Part shown: piece by piece, positions 49,001 through 61,000 of the stretch
How positions within the stretch are numbered: the first letter of the stretch is position 1
Layout: every line of letters begins with the position of its first letter
The notes under the pieces: model-generated
The model's database searches: none
Told to the model about the DNA's origin: nothing
The model's input: the letters and a program-made list of their open reading frames with translations, nothing else
Source of the DNA: Styela clava
Lineage: Eukaryota
Length of the DNA: 64,000 bases
Direction of reading: 5' to 3'
NCBI RefSeq assembly: GCF_964204865.1
Contig: NC_135259.1
Span: forward strand, 7,192,001 to 7,256,000
Program-made: the position numbers and the translations under genes

Positions 49001-52000
49001 ACAATATTGTGTAGTGTATGGTTATGGTTACATAGGACTCAACAATGACGAAGTAAAGATCTGAAGTTCAATTCCCATCACCTGATATTTATAATGTAAT
49101 AATACATTGGGTAGACAATTTGGAATCATGAAGAGTCAGATTCAAAAATAGTTGCTTGTTATGTAAAATTGGCTGCTTGTCCGGAGCCTAGTTCAGGTTG
49201 CAAATAAGAAACAGCATATACAAAATGCAATAAATGAAAAATGTAGGTAGGATATAACAATTTTTTCTTTTGCAGTCCTTCTTGTTTCATTATTTTGTTA
49301 TAATTACCGTATATTGGATTATACGGTATATTAATTCAAGTGATGAAATTCAATTTTTTATCAAAAATATTTGCTTTTTGATTGGTTGAATTATGACTAA
49401 TGAACTTCATTTTCACTGACAAGATTGCCGATCTTCTTTTTGCAAAGTATCACTTTTACAGAGCCTGGAACCCACCTATGCTTGGTGCTCTACCTGATGA
49501 CTTTCTCAGAATATTACCGCAGCAATTCTTGGATCCCTCATCGTCAAGAGAAAAATCTAAAGTAAGTTCAGTTTCATATCACAGATTGTACGTAAGTCGT
49601 ATAACGTTCTTGAAATTCCAATGGATTCTCCAATTCTTGATCCAAATTCCAAAATTCATATTCTGGGGCTGGGTTACTTGGAAACCTAAATAAAAACTAG
49701 CAAAAAAAGGTCAAAACTACAAAAACAAGTCAATATTCACAATTATAGTTGAAAATTTGCCTTCGTGAAAAGATGTCCAGAAGGCTGCTTAAACTTCAAT
49801 TGTTACATCACTGCTGACTACTTTATTAGGCATTGTAACAGAAATAAACTAAGAAGTAAATTTAGAGAAATATCAATATGAATCATTCTTGCAAAAAAAT
49901 GAAGATGAATCGAATACAGTGATCTATATCGGAAAACTATTTGCATTTTGTTTCAGAAAATTTCCTCTGGATCAAAGAAACGTACTCCACCAGCAGGTAG
50001 TACTTCAGGACATAGAAGTGTAGATCCAGTATTCTCTCATCGATCAACTCATTCTGGAGATCGAGAACTTACTACTCGTCATGAGAAATATACTCCACCC
50101 ATACTCAATAACCCAGCATCGACTACTCCATTGAGCCATCATTCTCCAAGTGTTAATAACGAGTCTACTGATGAAGACCTAACCCCGCCTCCTCGCCCTC
50201 CAAGGACTATCCAACCTAGAAGGTTGCCTCAATATAATGAACGAGACCGGAATTTACCTCTTCATTCTGATTCGATTGTACCAGGGAACTTATCGATACG
50301 TCTTGCTTCTGAAAGTCGAGGTTTCCATCATCAGTCTATGGATCCTACTCTATCTAATGGACAAAGACAAAGGCATCATCATAGGAGTTCAAGGTAGGAA
50401 GACTTTTTATGTTTTATTGGTTATATATATTTATTTAAAACATAATTGCTAATAAATATTCAATTAATGAAAATCTCATTTTACACATAGTCAAAAGATA
50501 TCGTTTTTAAAATATTAATATGATATAAAAAGAAACTGCCTTTTTAAACAGTGCAGGCAATTGTGAATTGTTATTTCTTTTGATACTTGCCTACATATTT
50601 TATTCATATGAGTTTTTTTTGCTATTGTATAGAAAATGAAAATTTGATGTTGTATGCTATTGTAACTCCGATGTTGAAATGTCAATTCCTTCTTTTTTGT
50701 AATAATTTTATTGGACGTTATTCTAAAATTAGGGTATTGAAATGCCATTGCATTCATACTGAATTCTTCATACTAACCTTTATTACAATAATATTAGAGG
50801 AGAAAGGATAAAATAAATAAAATTAAGGCTTTTGAATGACATTGTTCCTGACTTTTTTATCCTCTTTTTTTATTGATAGTTTATAATAATCTATTTTATT
50901 TATAAATCATGCTTCTTATAGTTTGATTTTGATTCAATAAAATATTTTCAAACTCAAACGCATAATTGAATAATATAAATTATGTGCATTTCAAAGTAAT
51001 TCATCTCGAATCAGGAAGTTTTGTAATTACCAGCTATAATTCACTTGATTCTTACATGATCATTCATTTTCAGATCAAACCATAGCAGATCACATAATAA
51101 TTTGCCTCTACAACAAAATTTACCAAGTTATAATCAAACTACAAATTTGAATGGAAGCAATCATATAACGAGAAGAAGCAGTGATTTCACTTCTCGGAGG
51201 TGATTTTTTTGTTTTATTTTGATTTTTATTATTTTTTCACCTGTATTGATCTCATGTTAATTTCTTTATAGGTTTTAGGGTAATTTTATAATTGGACATT
51301 TTCGAAAAAATCATTGTTATTTGTTTGAGAATTTGCTCACAGTAAGGTGATTTACACTCACTCAAATCGATGCTATTTGCTTAAGAATTTGCCCACAGCT
51401 AAGTCGTACGCACTCACTCAGAAGTAATAAAAATTCATTTTTAAATCACTGAAGTTACAAAGATATCGAAGCTATATAGATTTAGGGTTAGGCATTTTGT
51501 GCCAGTGAATTCCATTTTATGCGAAATTTGATACAGTTTACTTCAATACAATCAGTAAATCCACTACGAGGTTGGGAGTTCAAATTCTATATTTCAGTGG
51601 CTTTTCAAACTTTGTTTACCATTGATGGGCTTAAAAAATAGACTATGCTTTCATAGTAGATGTGATAAACCGGATAAAAATTTTTGTCTGTAATTGTATA
51701 AAACTGTTTTATAGTTATGAAGTGTCCAGGATATTAGCAATAGTGAGTGAAATCATAGAATACATAAGGAAAAATATCATAAAAGACATCAGGCATAGTT
51801 TTGGTTGCCAGTATACCAGTATGTTGTGCAATTTTTATGATCTAAAATATTAATTCATAATTTTTAGGATTTTATAGATATTTCAATCTGATTTGCCAAT
51901 GTGTCATTTATATCTGGTATTTTGATTTTATTTTGCATGGGCCACCTATAATAATTTGAGGTTAAGTTTAGCCTGAACTCAAATTAAAAGGTTGATTTTG

Positions 52001-55000
52001 TTTAAATTTGTTCTCTATTGGAATAATTAACGGTTAACATAAACTCTAGCCACATAACTAACGACTCTGTTTCTTGGAAAATACTCTTTTAACACCATTG
52101 TGTAATTAAAATTTTGATCAAAACAAGATCAAAAACTCAATTGAAGTTATATTTATCATTGTTTTTGTATTACTCTACTATCAGCAGCACTCTGAAACGG
52201 TAATGTTTGCGTAATAATAATAAGCATGATATATTGTTTCCAGGTGACCAAGCTTATTTTATAGGCTTATTTGATTATTTTCAATTTAATATCCTGCGCA
52301 CAAAAGCACACATACACATTTATATGTGAAAATAAATTTCAGCTTTACACATACACATACATTAGATAAGTATTTCACAATAAAAACAAGTTTGAGTCCG
52401 TCGTACTCATCAGGAGAAGTGCAGTTCAATAATGCAATAAAATTATAATTTTAGACCATCTTAGTCAAGTAGCTTGCATAATTATAGTTTTATATCATGC
52501 AAGGAAGTGGGACCTAATATTTCCTCAACTAATAAATTATATTCATATCAAGCACATTAAGCTTAAGTAGTATTTATGTAACAGAGATCTCCATAATAAA
52601 TAGATTCAAAATTGCTTACGGTATATACGATAGTAAATTCCTCTAGGATTTATTTAGAATTTTGTCTAAAATTTTTCATTTTCATAAGCATTTGATATGT
52701 GATGATCAGACTAAAGATGATCGACTGACCCTGTAGAGTGTAGGCTATAAAATAAATAAAAGGAAAAATGCAATCTCCAGCACAACTATTGTATTTATGT
52801 ATGGTAATTAAACATGAAAGCAGAGACAGGTGTATATCCTGGCATCCTGCATTACCGGTACTAAATTCAACTTACCCGAAATTACAATGATTTTTGCCAT
52901 TTCTCCGTTCAACATAAACCGATGTAAAATATGTCAAAAATTTCCAACTTGTTTTTATTTCGGAGACTATTCTTTATAGACTTATAGTAATGTATTCGTT
53001 TTTGGTTATCATTGATATGTCTACACCCCTGCTCTATTTTATACACATGTTCAAAAACTTTCAATTTTTTAATGGCCAAGAGAATTCATTAATACCATAT
53101 ATAGTCTGTCGGACTCTACAGCTGTACTAAATGAAGTAAAAAAACTTTAATAAACACTAATTTGGTACATTAAAAATGATTAATAATATTGAGAAGTGAA
53201 TTCATAACAAAATTGAAAATCACGATGGTACTTTACGAACACCTTGTGTAGCGAGTTTGCATTTATAAGTAATAATTATGTCTCTATTAATTAACTATAT
53301 AGGCCTATAACTTTAAGCATATTGACTATATATGACGTTTTACAATTTTTTGTTTTGTTTCCGCAGTAATTACTGGATCACATTTAAAATTGAAGGTAAT
53401 ATTATGATGTTCTTCAGCAGTCAGCATATCAGCGCAATAGTATCCAATTAGCAAATGCCACATTTCAAAGTAATATTGAGAAAATACCATTTTTGTGGTG
53501 ACCGTACATTTGAACCCACGTACATTTGAACCCATGCGTATATCCGCGGGTTCAATCTATATGCGGTTGCTAAAACCCATGGGTTAGGGTGAGTATGGGT
53601 TCCAATATCCGTAAAACAAAAAAATTTCCATATGTGCAATAGTATGCAGGTGCAATTGTCATGGGTTCAAATGTTCAAGGGTTCAAATGTAATGGAACCC
53701 ATTTTTGTAATTGTTTGATTTTAACATCACATAACATAAACATAAGAACATAAATTAATTAAAACAAGTGTTTGATAAGCTTCGAAGCTCAGACCGTAAG
53801 ATGGTCCATGGTTCATAATGATGGAACATCAGAAAAATCCATTTAGAAAAAATGTGACATAATAAGTTACTGTTTTTTTTTGTGGGGACATGAATAAATT
53901 TCTCAAAACTATTTAAAATTGTTGGCAAGATCACTTAACAATCATAATATTTCATTTCAAATAATGCTAATTACTTTGTGATCGGTCAAGTATGAGTCAT
54001 TGATGTTGTAACTCACCAATGTGTGGCTCATCATTACATCATGCTTGAGAAGAAATATCTAATATTATTTGTTTAAGAAGCCTCCTAATATTGACAATTG
54101 TGTAACTCTGACTTCACTTCCTGATTTATATACATACTTGGATTAGTCATTCACATTCGTAGCTATTTTGTATACCCTTGATCTTTTCTGAGTACATACT
54201 AATGCTTTGTTTGCCTTTTTTGTGTTTGATCATATTATATTTGCTGGTTTCCATCATTGAATTGTCATTAAATTCACACATTCCTAAGATTTTTAAATTT
54301 AGTAGTTTCCTCCTGGGTTAAGTTATCTTAAATTTTTTTTTTTATAAAATGATTGCTTAATAACATGATGGTCTGATTTAATACACGAGAGAAAAATAAA
54401 ATTACAAACAGAACTTATATTTCTATCTTCATCTAATTTCATGCTGAAACTGTCTTGCTAGGATTTGAAACATGTTCAATCCAATTATTAAATTATAGGT
54501 TAGCCTTATGTTTATTTCTATCTTAATATAAATTCATAGTCACTGTCATAATTTATGTAACATTAAGTGTGATATCGTTACTAATAACTAGAATTTTGTG
54601 TTGGTCAGTGAATTCACAAATATATCCCGATATGCGTCTGCAGCCTGTAAAATGGGCGCTCCAGAAGTGTATGTACCAATATAATGGAGGTGACTAATTT
54701 TGTTCGCCTACATTACGTCAAGTTGTATAAAGGGACTGAAACCTATGGACAGGGCAAATATTCACTTGGCTAACACGGACAGTCCCCGAACTCGTAATAG
54801 AACTAAAATATGGAAAATCGGAATAAAATTATGGCCTAACCCTAACCTGGTACAGTGGTACATATACTACGGGACTGAGAGTACCGTAAAATGAATGCAA
54901 TACCGTAAAGTCATTATTGTTTATTTTGTAAAGCTGTGGGTATGTCACTGTGTGTTTAAGCTTTGCAATATTTTCAAGTTATGTTTTATGCTGCTACACA

Positions 55001-58000
55001 AACATAGCTATGAGAATTACTATCAAAAAATCAATATATGCCAGACATATAGACTATTCCTCCCCACAAACTCTTTTCTAGTTCAATAAATGAACAGAAA
55101 AAGAAGAAAATTGTTGAACTGTTTTCTCACAAGCCTAAGAATCGATTGAGTAATTCAGGCAATTACAGGAATCAATAATCCAGCTTATCACTTCACTTCT
55201 TAGGCAACGTTTAGGCCATAAAAATTGTATTCAAAGTCAGAAAGGTCAAAGAACCATTACTTTTGCCTAATCCAATAAAATTTGTTTCATTATTAACAAT
55301 GGGTCGTGCATTCCAAATAAGTTTTTGATAAATTGAACTCTGATTTTTTTATTTAAGATTAAATTTCCTTTCCGACATTTGCAATATTTCCAGTTAAAAA
55401 GCGATTTCAAAAAATCAGTTTTGGTAAAAAATTAAATTTTTTTTTCGGTAATCATCTTTATGCAATAATATTTTAAATTAATAATATTTAGTGATTCAGA
55501 CAAAACTCTACCCATAGATTTATTTTGTTTTATTATACTCCACTCCTAAAGAAGTTAGCCTAAAATAGCTTTTTGTACTAGGCATAATCGTTGCGAAATC
55601 ATTATTTGTGATGAATTTTACAGAATATTATAATATGATTCTACATACAAGCAAGCTGTAATTCCTGATATCGTTCTCGAGTTGATTCTCGTTCAGAATT
55701 CTAGACTTATCTAGTGGATTTTCTTGGTACATTTAGTCATTACTGCGCCCTAAATTTGTATGGGACCTCATCAACCCTTTTACTAGAGCGTATTAAATTG
55801 CCCATTGGGCATTGAAGCATGATGTATCTCTATTCAGAGCAAATGGATGGAGTGATCAAAATTATAGTATCGTATAAAAATCAGAACACAAAGAATATGA
55901 TTCTGATCTCACTGACTAGAAATAGCATTATTTCATGAGAAATTTAAAAAAAAATGTAATTTGTGTAACCTATTTGACTGAAATAAGTGGAGTTAAATAG
56001 GGCTGAAAGAAATTTATATATTGCCTGTGACAAAAGCACCCATTTTTTTAATTCGATGAACCATTTTTTCACCAGACTGCATCCATTTCATTTTTATCAG
56101 TTATTTCCTAGACCCATGAAATACAATGTCGTTCATCAAGAACTTGTATATCGTTAATAACATTTCAAATTTAATAGTTTACGAAAGCCGCTATATTATG
56201 GTGTTGAACAGTGAATACTATTTATCAAAGACAATCATTATACATGGTACTGTTGGAGTCATTGCTTTTAAGTATTACCACACATTTCATGTCCACAGAT
56301 TGCCATGGTATTTTAGAGTAGTAATGCCTTTTGGTTTTTCATAGGTCGATGCAACCATGAGTTACGTTGAACAGAATTAAATTAATACGACAGGGCATTT
56401 TAAATGCTCATATCGGTCATGGATTTGAAGATTTTGCGTAACAGAAAATCATCCTAGTAAAAAGTTTTTCTGATAAATCTACTATTTTTTTCTGACTCGC
56501 AACAATTCATTTGGTATCAAAGCAATAACGGCTTTACTTTTACATCATTTTCATTTTTCCGACATAATGAAAATGAATGCGTAAATTAGAAGCCTGCACG
56601 GGAATGGCGGTAATGCTCACCACGCAACTGTGCAAAGGTGTCGCAACAATATGCGCCGCACGTTAGTACGGAAAATAACAAACAATGCCGGTTCTATTTC
56701 ATCGTCAATACAATATGTGACAAAGCTCAGAAAACTGTTTGAACATTGTCCTCGATGATGGCAAAAAGTGGCTCGGAATTATTCTAAAATTAGAAGAAAA
56801 GTATTCGAATACTTCGATATTCGTTTCGGACAACCCTGATAACTATTACAAAAGAATATGAAGTTTAAGAACCAGGAATATCCAAAGCCAGTTGAATGAT
56901 TGGATCGATTTTATTTAAAATTTTTGATTTTAAGAATAATTTAGAATAGTTTCTTTTGATATATTACCATTTCGAACAATTGAAAGTTTCACAGTTCAAC
57001 CAATCAAAATCAATCAAATCATTGTTCATCTTAAATTCCCTGCATTTCCAAAGTCCAACTGATTGAATATACATTGCCTTATATGAGTTCTTTGTTGCAC
57101 ACGATACAATCTTGAATATATAACAAATTTGAAAATATTATTCTAGAATGTATTTGAAGTAGTAGATTATATGAACATCAGAGATAAGAATCTTTCGCTG
57201 TGTTTTACTTGTAGAATATACGACTACCAGTAAATCATTTTTATTCCTTGTAATTTTTTACCTGTATTATGATTACATAATGTTTTGTTGCATGTTGCAA
57301 ATCTGGTATAAAAGCATAAATTGTGATCTAGACCAATCAAATTGTTTGAAATGAAAAAAAAAACTAGCCAGTTATAAACTGACCCATTTATAATACAACT
57401 TGGGATATTAATTTGATTTTCTTATAGCCTAGCCTACCATATGTGAGTGTATGTGTCTGTAATCTTGAACTTTGGAAGGTGGTGTGTACTTGTTGGAGTT
57501 GGTAGACTAATCTCAGATAAGAATCTTAGTATAGCTTATACTAAATAATTTATGAAATGTTAATATGCCAGACAGGATGTTATAATGTACTTATGAGTGA
57601 TTAAAATGAGATACCATTGTGTGGTATTTTATTGGATTTAGAAAATATTTCTTTTCAAATACTTTAGTAGAAGATGATCCTAGGTTTTTAAAATTTATGG
57701 AAATTTTATTGGAAATTATTTAATGAGGCGATTCCCTAAATACGTCCTTAAAACGGTGAATTTATAAAAATTCGCATAATGTCACTTCGTTTCAGTGTGA
57801 TTAAGAGTTATGCGCGTATAAGCCGACCTCTTAGTTTGGCAACTTTTTTTTGTGTTTTGAATTCATTGCCATCATAGATTAAAATTCTGGTTTAATAAGT
57901 ATGGTTTGAAAACAACTGCCAAGTCAATGTAAATTTGGCTGTATAGAATTAGATTGTGTTGAGCAAAGTAACTTCATACATAGGCCTACTACTTGGCTGA

Positions 58001-61000
58001 AGCTTTATTCAGAGCTACTTTATAAAATATAAAGTAAATTGAATGTGATTCAGTTTCGGAATTTTGTGTTGATTTTTTTATATGATTGTGACGCTAGTTT
58101 TGGAAGAACTCATATATCTGCGGTTGATACGCCCTAGGTGAGGTGGTCGGCATCAGAAAATACATTTTGTGGTGTACTCGTGAGCATTCGCATCGCCAAT
58201 TCACATTATAAAGTGCACTTTCCATGTAAAGATGAAAACAACCTGCCCATAACTAGTCAAATATAGAATTCACCAACATGCCACAAACTGCCATTTTCTG
58301 CTTTTATCTGACAAGCATAGAAAATTATAGCATGTTTGCACCAAATATATGTATAATGCTGATTAATTATTCATATAAACATGAAATATCATACAAGGAA
58401 ATTTTTTGCAACATGCTTTGGTCTTCGATATTTGTCTTGTGCTACTATTTTTGTTAGCCCTATTACATTTCTGGTTCAAGGAAATATTATGACAAAATAT
58501 GTTGAAAATTTTTTTAGTGATCATTGAACAACAGTGCCAAATTCAATTTAAACTTTGAAAATTTGGATGCAAATCATTTCCAAAGTTATTTAAACAGGCA
58601 TTTTTTTATGTAAGAAGCTACTTTTCTTAAATGACCTAAATTTTTCAGTTTGGCAATATTGCCTACCCAATTTATTTATTACCTTGGGCACTGTGCCCAC
58701 TTGCTTTCATTCTGTTTCTTTGCTATTTGAAAGTTTGAGCTAGTTCATACCATTAGTATTATACGAAACTGAAATTATTACCGCACCTTCGTGGATACTC
58801 GACCAAAACTTAGATATGATTGTAGATATCAAACATCTTATAGCATTGGCGCATCATGCTAAGCGTTAGAAACATGCTCATCAGCTCACATTTAATTACC
58901 CTCCGCGTTTCAAATTCCATGGGAGATAAATATGTGCAATATGGGTGGTTGTTCACATAACCGCTACATCTAAAACGATTGAATAGTTTATTATTTTTAT
59001 ACCTAACTTGAAACATTGGTAATTACTCGAACGGTAAGGCCATGGTTTGTTATACGATTATTAAGCCATTTATGGGTTTTTCCCTCCTTTGCATTAAGAA
59101 CAAAATCCTATTCTAATAAGATGCTTACTTTTATAATTCTTGTGATTTATTAAATGAGTCTCATCAGTACTATTATTAATTAATATTGTCATGCAGTACA
59201 ATCATGATTCGATCATGCTGTATAGTAAAATATTCAAGATAAATAAATTATATTAAATGAAACAAATTTGGAAATTGCTCCATATTGAGATGCATCCATG
59301 CGTTTTTAATTATACTATTATTATCGTTCTTTCGATTGGTCAAGTTTGAGTCATTGATAGATCATACCACTGAAGCATAGACCATCTATGATACTTCATA
59401 TAAAAAAATTGACTTGATTTTAATTAATTTTATTCAGAATGGTAATGGTGTCACGAACTTCCGAGCCTGCGATATCGGTATCACATAATAACGGCAATCA
59501 CAATGGTTTCCAATCTCCAATTAATAACGATAGACCTTCATCACATCGATCTTATCATAGATCATCATCAAATTCATTTTCAAGTAATCATCATCATCAC
59601 CAAACATCATCTGGACATCATAGTCCAGTGTTTCAAAGGTAATTCTTCTTGATTGACTATGAAATTATAGTGATTTTTCATGATTTTATGCAATATGATT
59701 GTTGCCAGTTATTAATCTGCTTCAAATCAAACATGAGTGATTGTATATTGTGATGCCCGATGCCAATTGTTTATTCATTCATACTTGATTGTATTATCTC
59801 AATTTGATGGATTTTGTTGTTGCATCATTATTTATTATGCATCTCATGTTATTTAGTAAAGAATTACGGCCACTCAGCGTGTTTCCGAGACTTTTATTCA
59901 CAATTCTACTCAACCAAATGCGGGGTGAAATTACATGTGATTGTTAATTTGTTCAATTATTCTTTATGAAATTTTAAAAACTTGATGTGGCAATGTCACC
60001 CTGCATAAGAGTCATGAAGCAGGGTTTCCCAAACTGGCGTCTGCTGACCCCTGAGGGTCCGTGATGGCTGAAAAGAGTCTGATCGATCTCCAATGATCGT
60101 TTTCAATCAAAAAGCCTATGCAAGCCTATCCATCGCTGTCATTAATAGACCCCCCTCGTTGGTTAGACATAGGAATTTATACGGAATAGATTGGGGGGGT
60201 CCACCGAAACTAAGATTCACTAATAGGGGTCGCGACCCCAAAAGTGTGGAAATAGGCATAGAGAATATTTTGTTATTTGACGGTTTGTTCAAACGGCTTT
60301 CTCTGAGCGAAGATATGTACATTATTTTCATTACTAGAAATGAATATGGTCTGTGCTTCAGCCGTGTCATTCCTTATATTTTTCTATTTAATAACATGAT
60401 TGTTTTTGTATGCATATGAAGAGGTGGAAGTCCAGCTTTTATATCTTCTCAATCTCGTTCTGGAAGACCATCAAGTGCATCAAGGTTAGTTTACTTTTGT
60501 CTTTATTTCTGTAAAATGTTCCTATAGAACTGTCAATTGGGGTGATATGTTAGACTAACTCTTCATCCATCTTCCTCTGTTAGTTTGCGTTAATGGATGC
60601 ATTATAATGCAAGGATGCTGGTGCTGGAACAAGAATAAATATGCCTATACCGTGTAATTCAAGAGTCTTGCTGCACACTTACCGACTACCGTATATCTTT
60701 GCATATGATTTGAAGCCGGTGCTTCAAATCATAACACGTCATACGCACCTATTACAGCAAATGGTTGCAGAAGAGAATCAATGAAAATGATAACCAATAT
60801 TATTATGTTTTACTTTTATTAGAGTGTCTCAAAATCCTTTAAATTCATCCTCACTGTCGCTGTTGGAATTATTTAACATAACGTAATTTCGTTTCAGTGT
60901 GATCAGAGTTATGCGCATATAAGCAGACCTATTGGTTTGGCAACTTTTTTTCAGTTTTAAACTCAGTTTTATGCGAGGATATCATATGGTATCCAAATGT

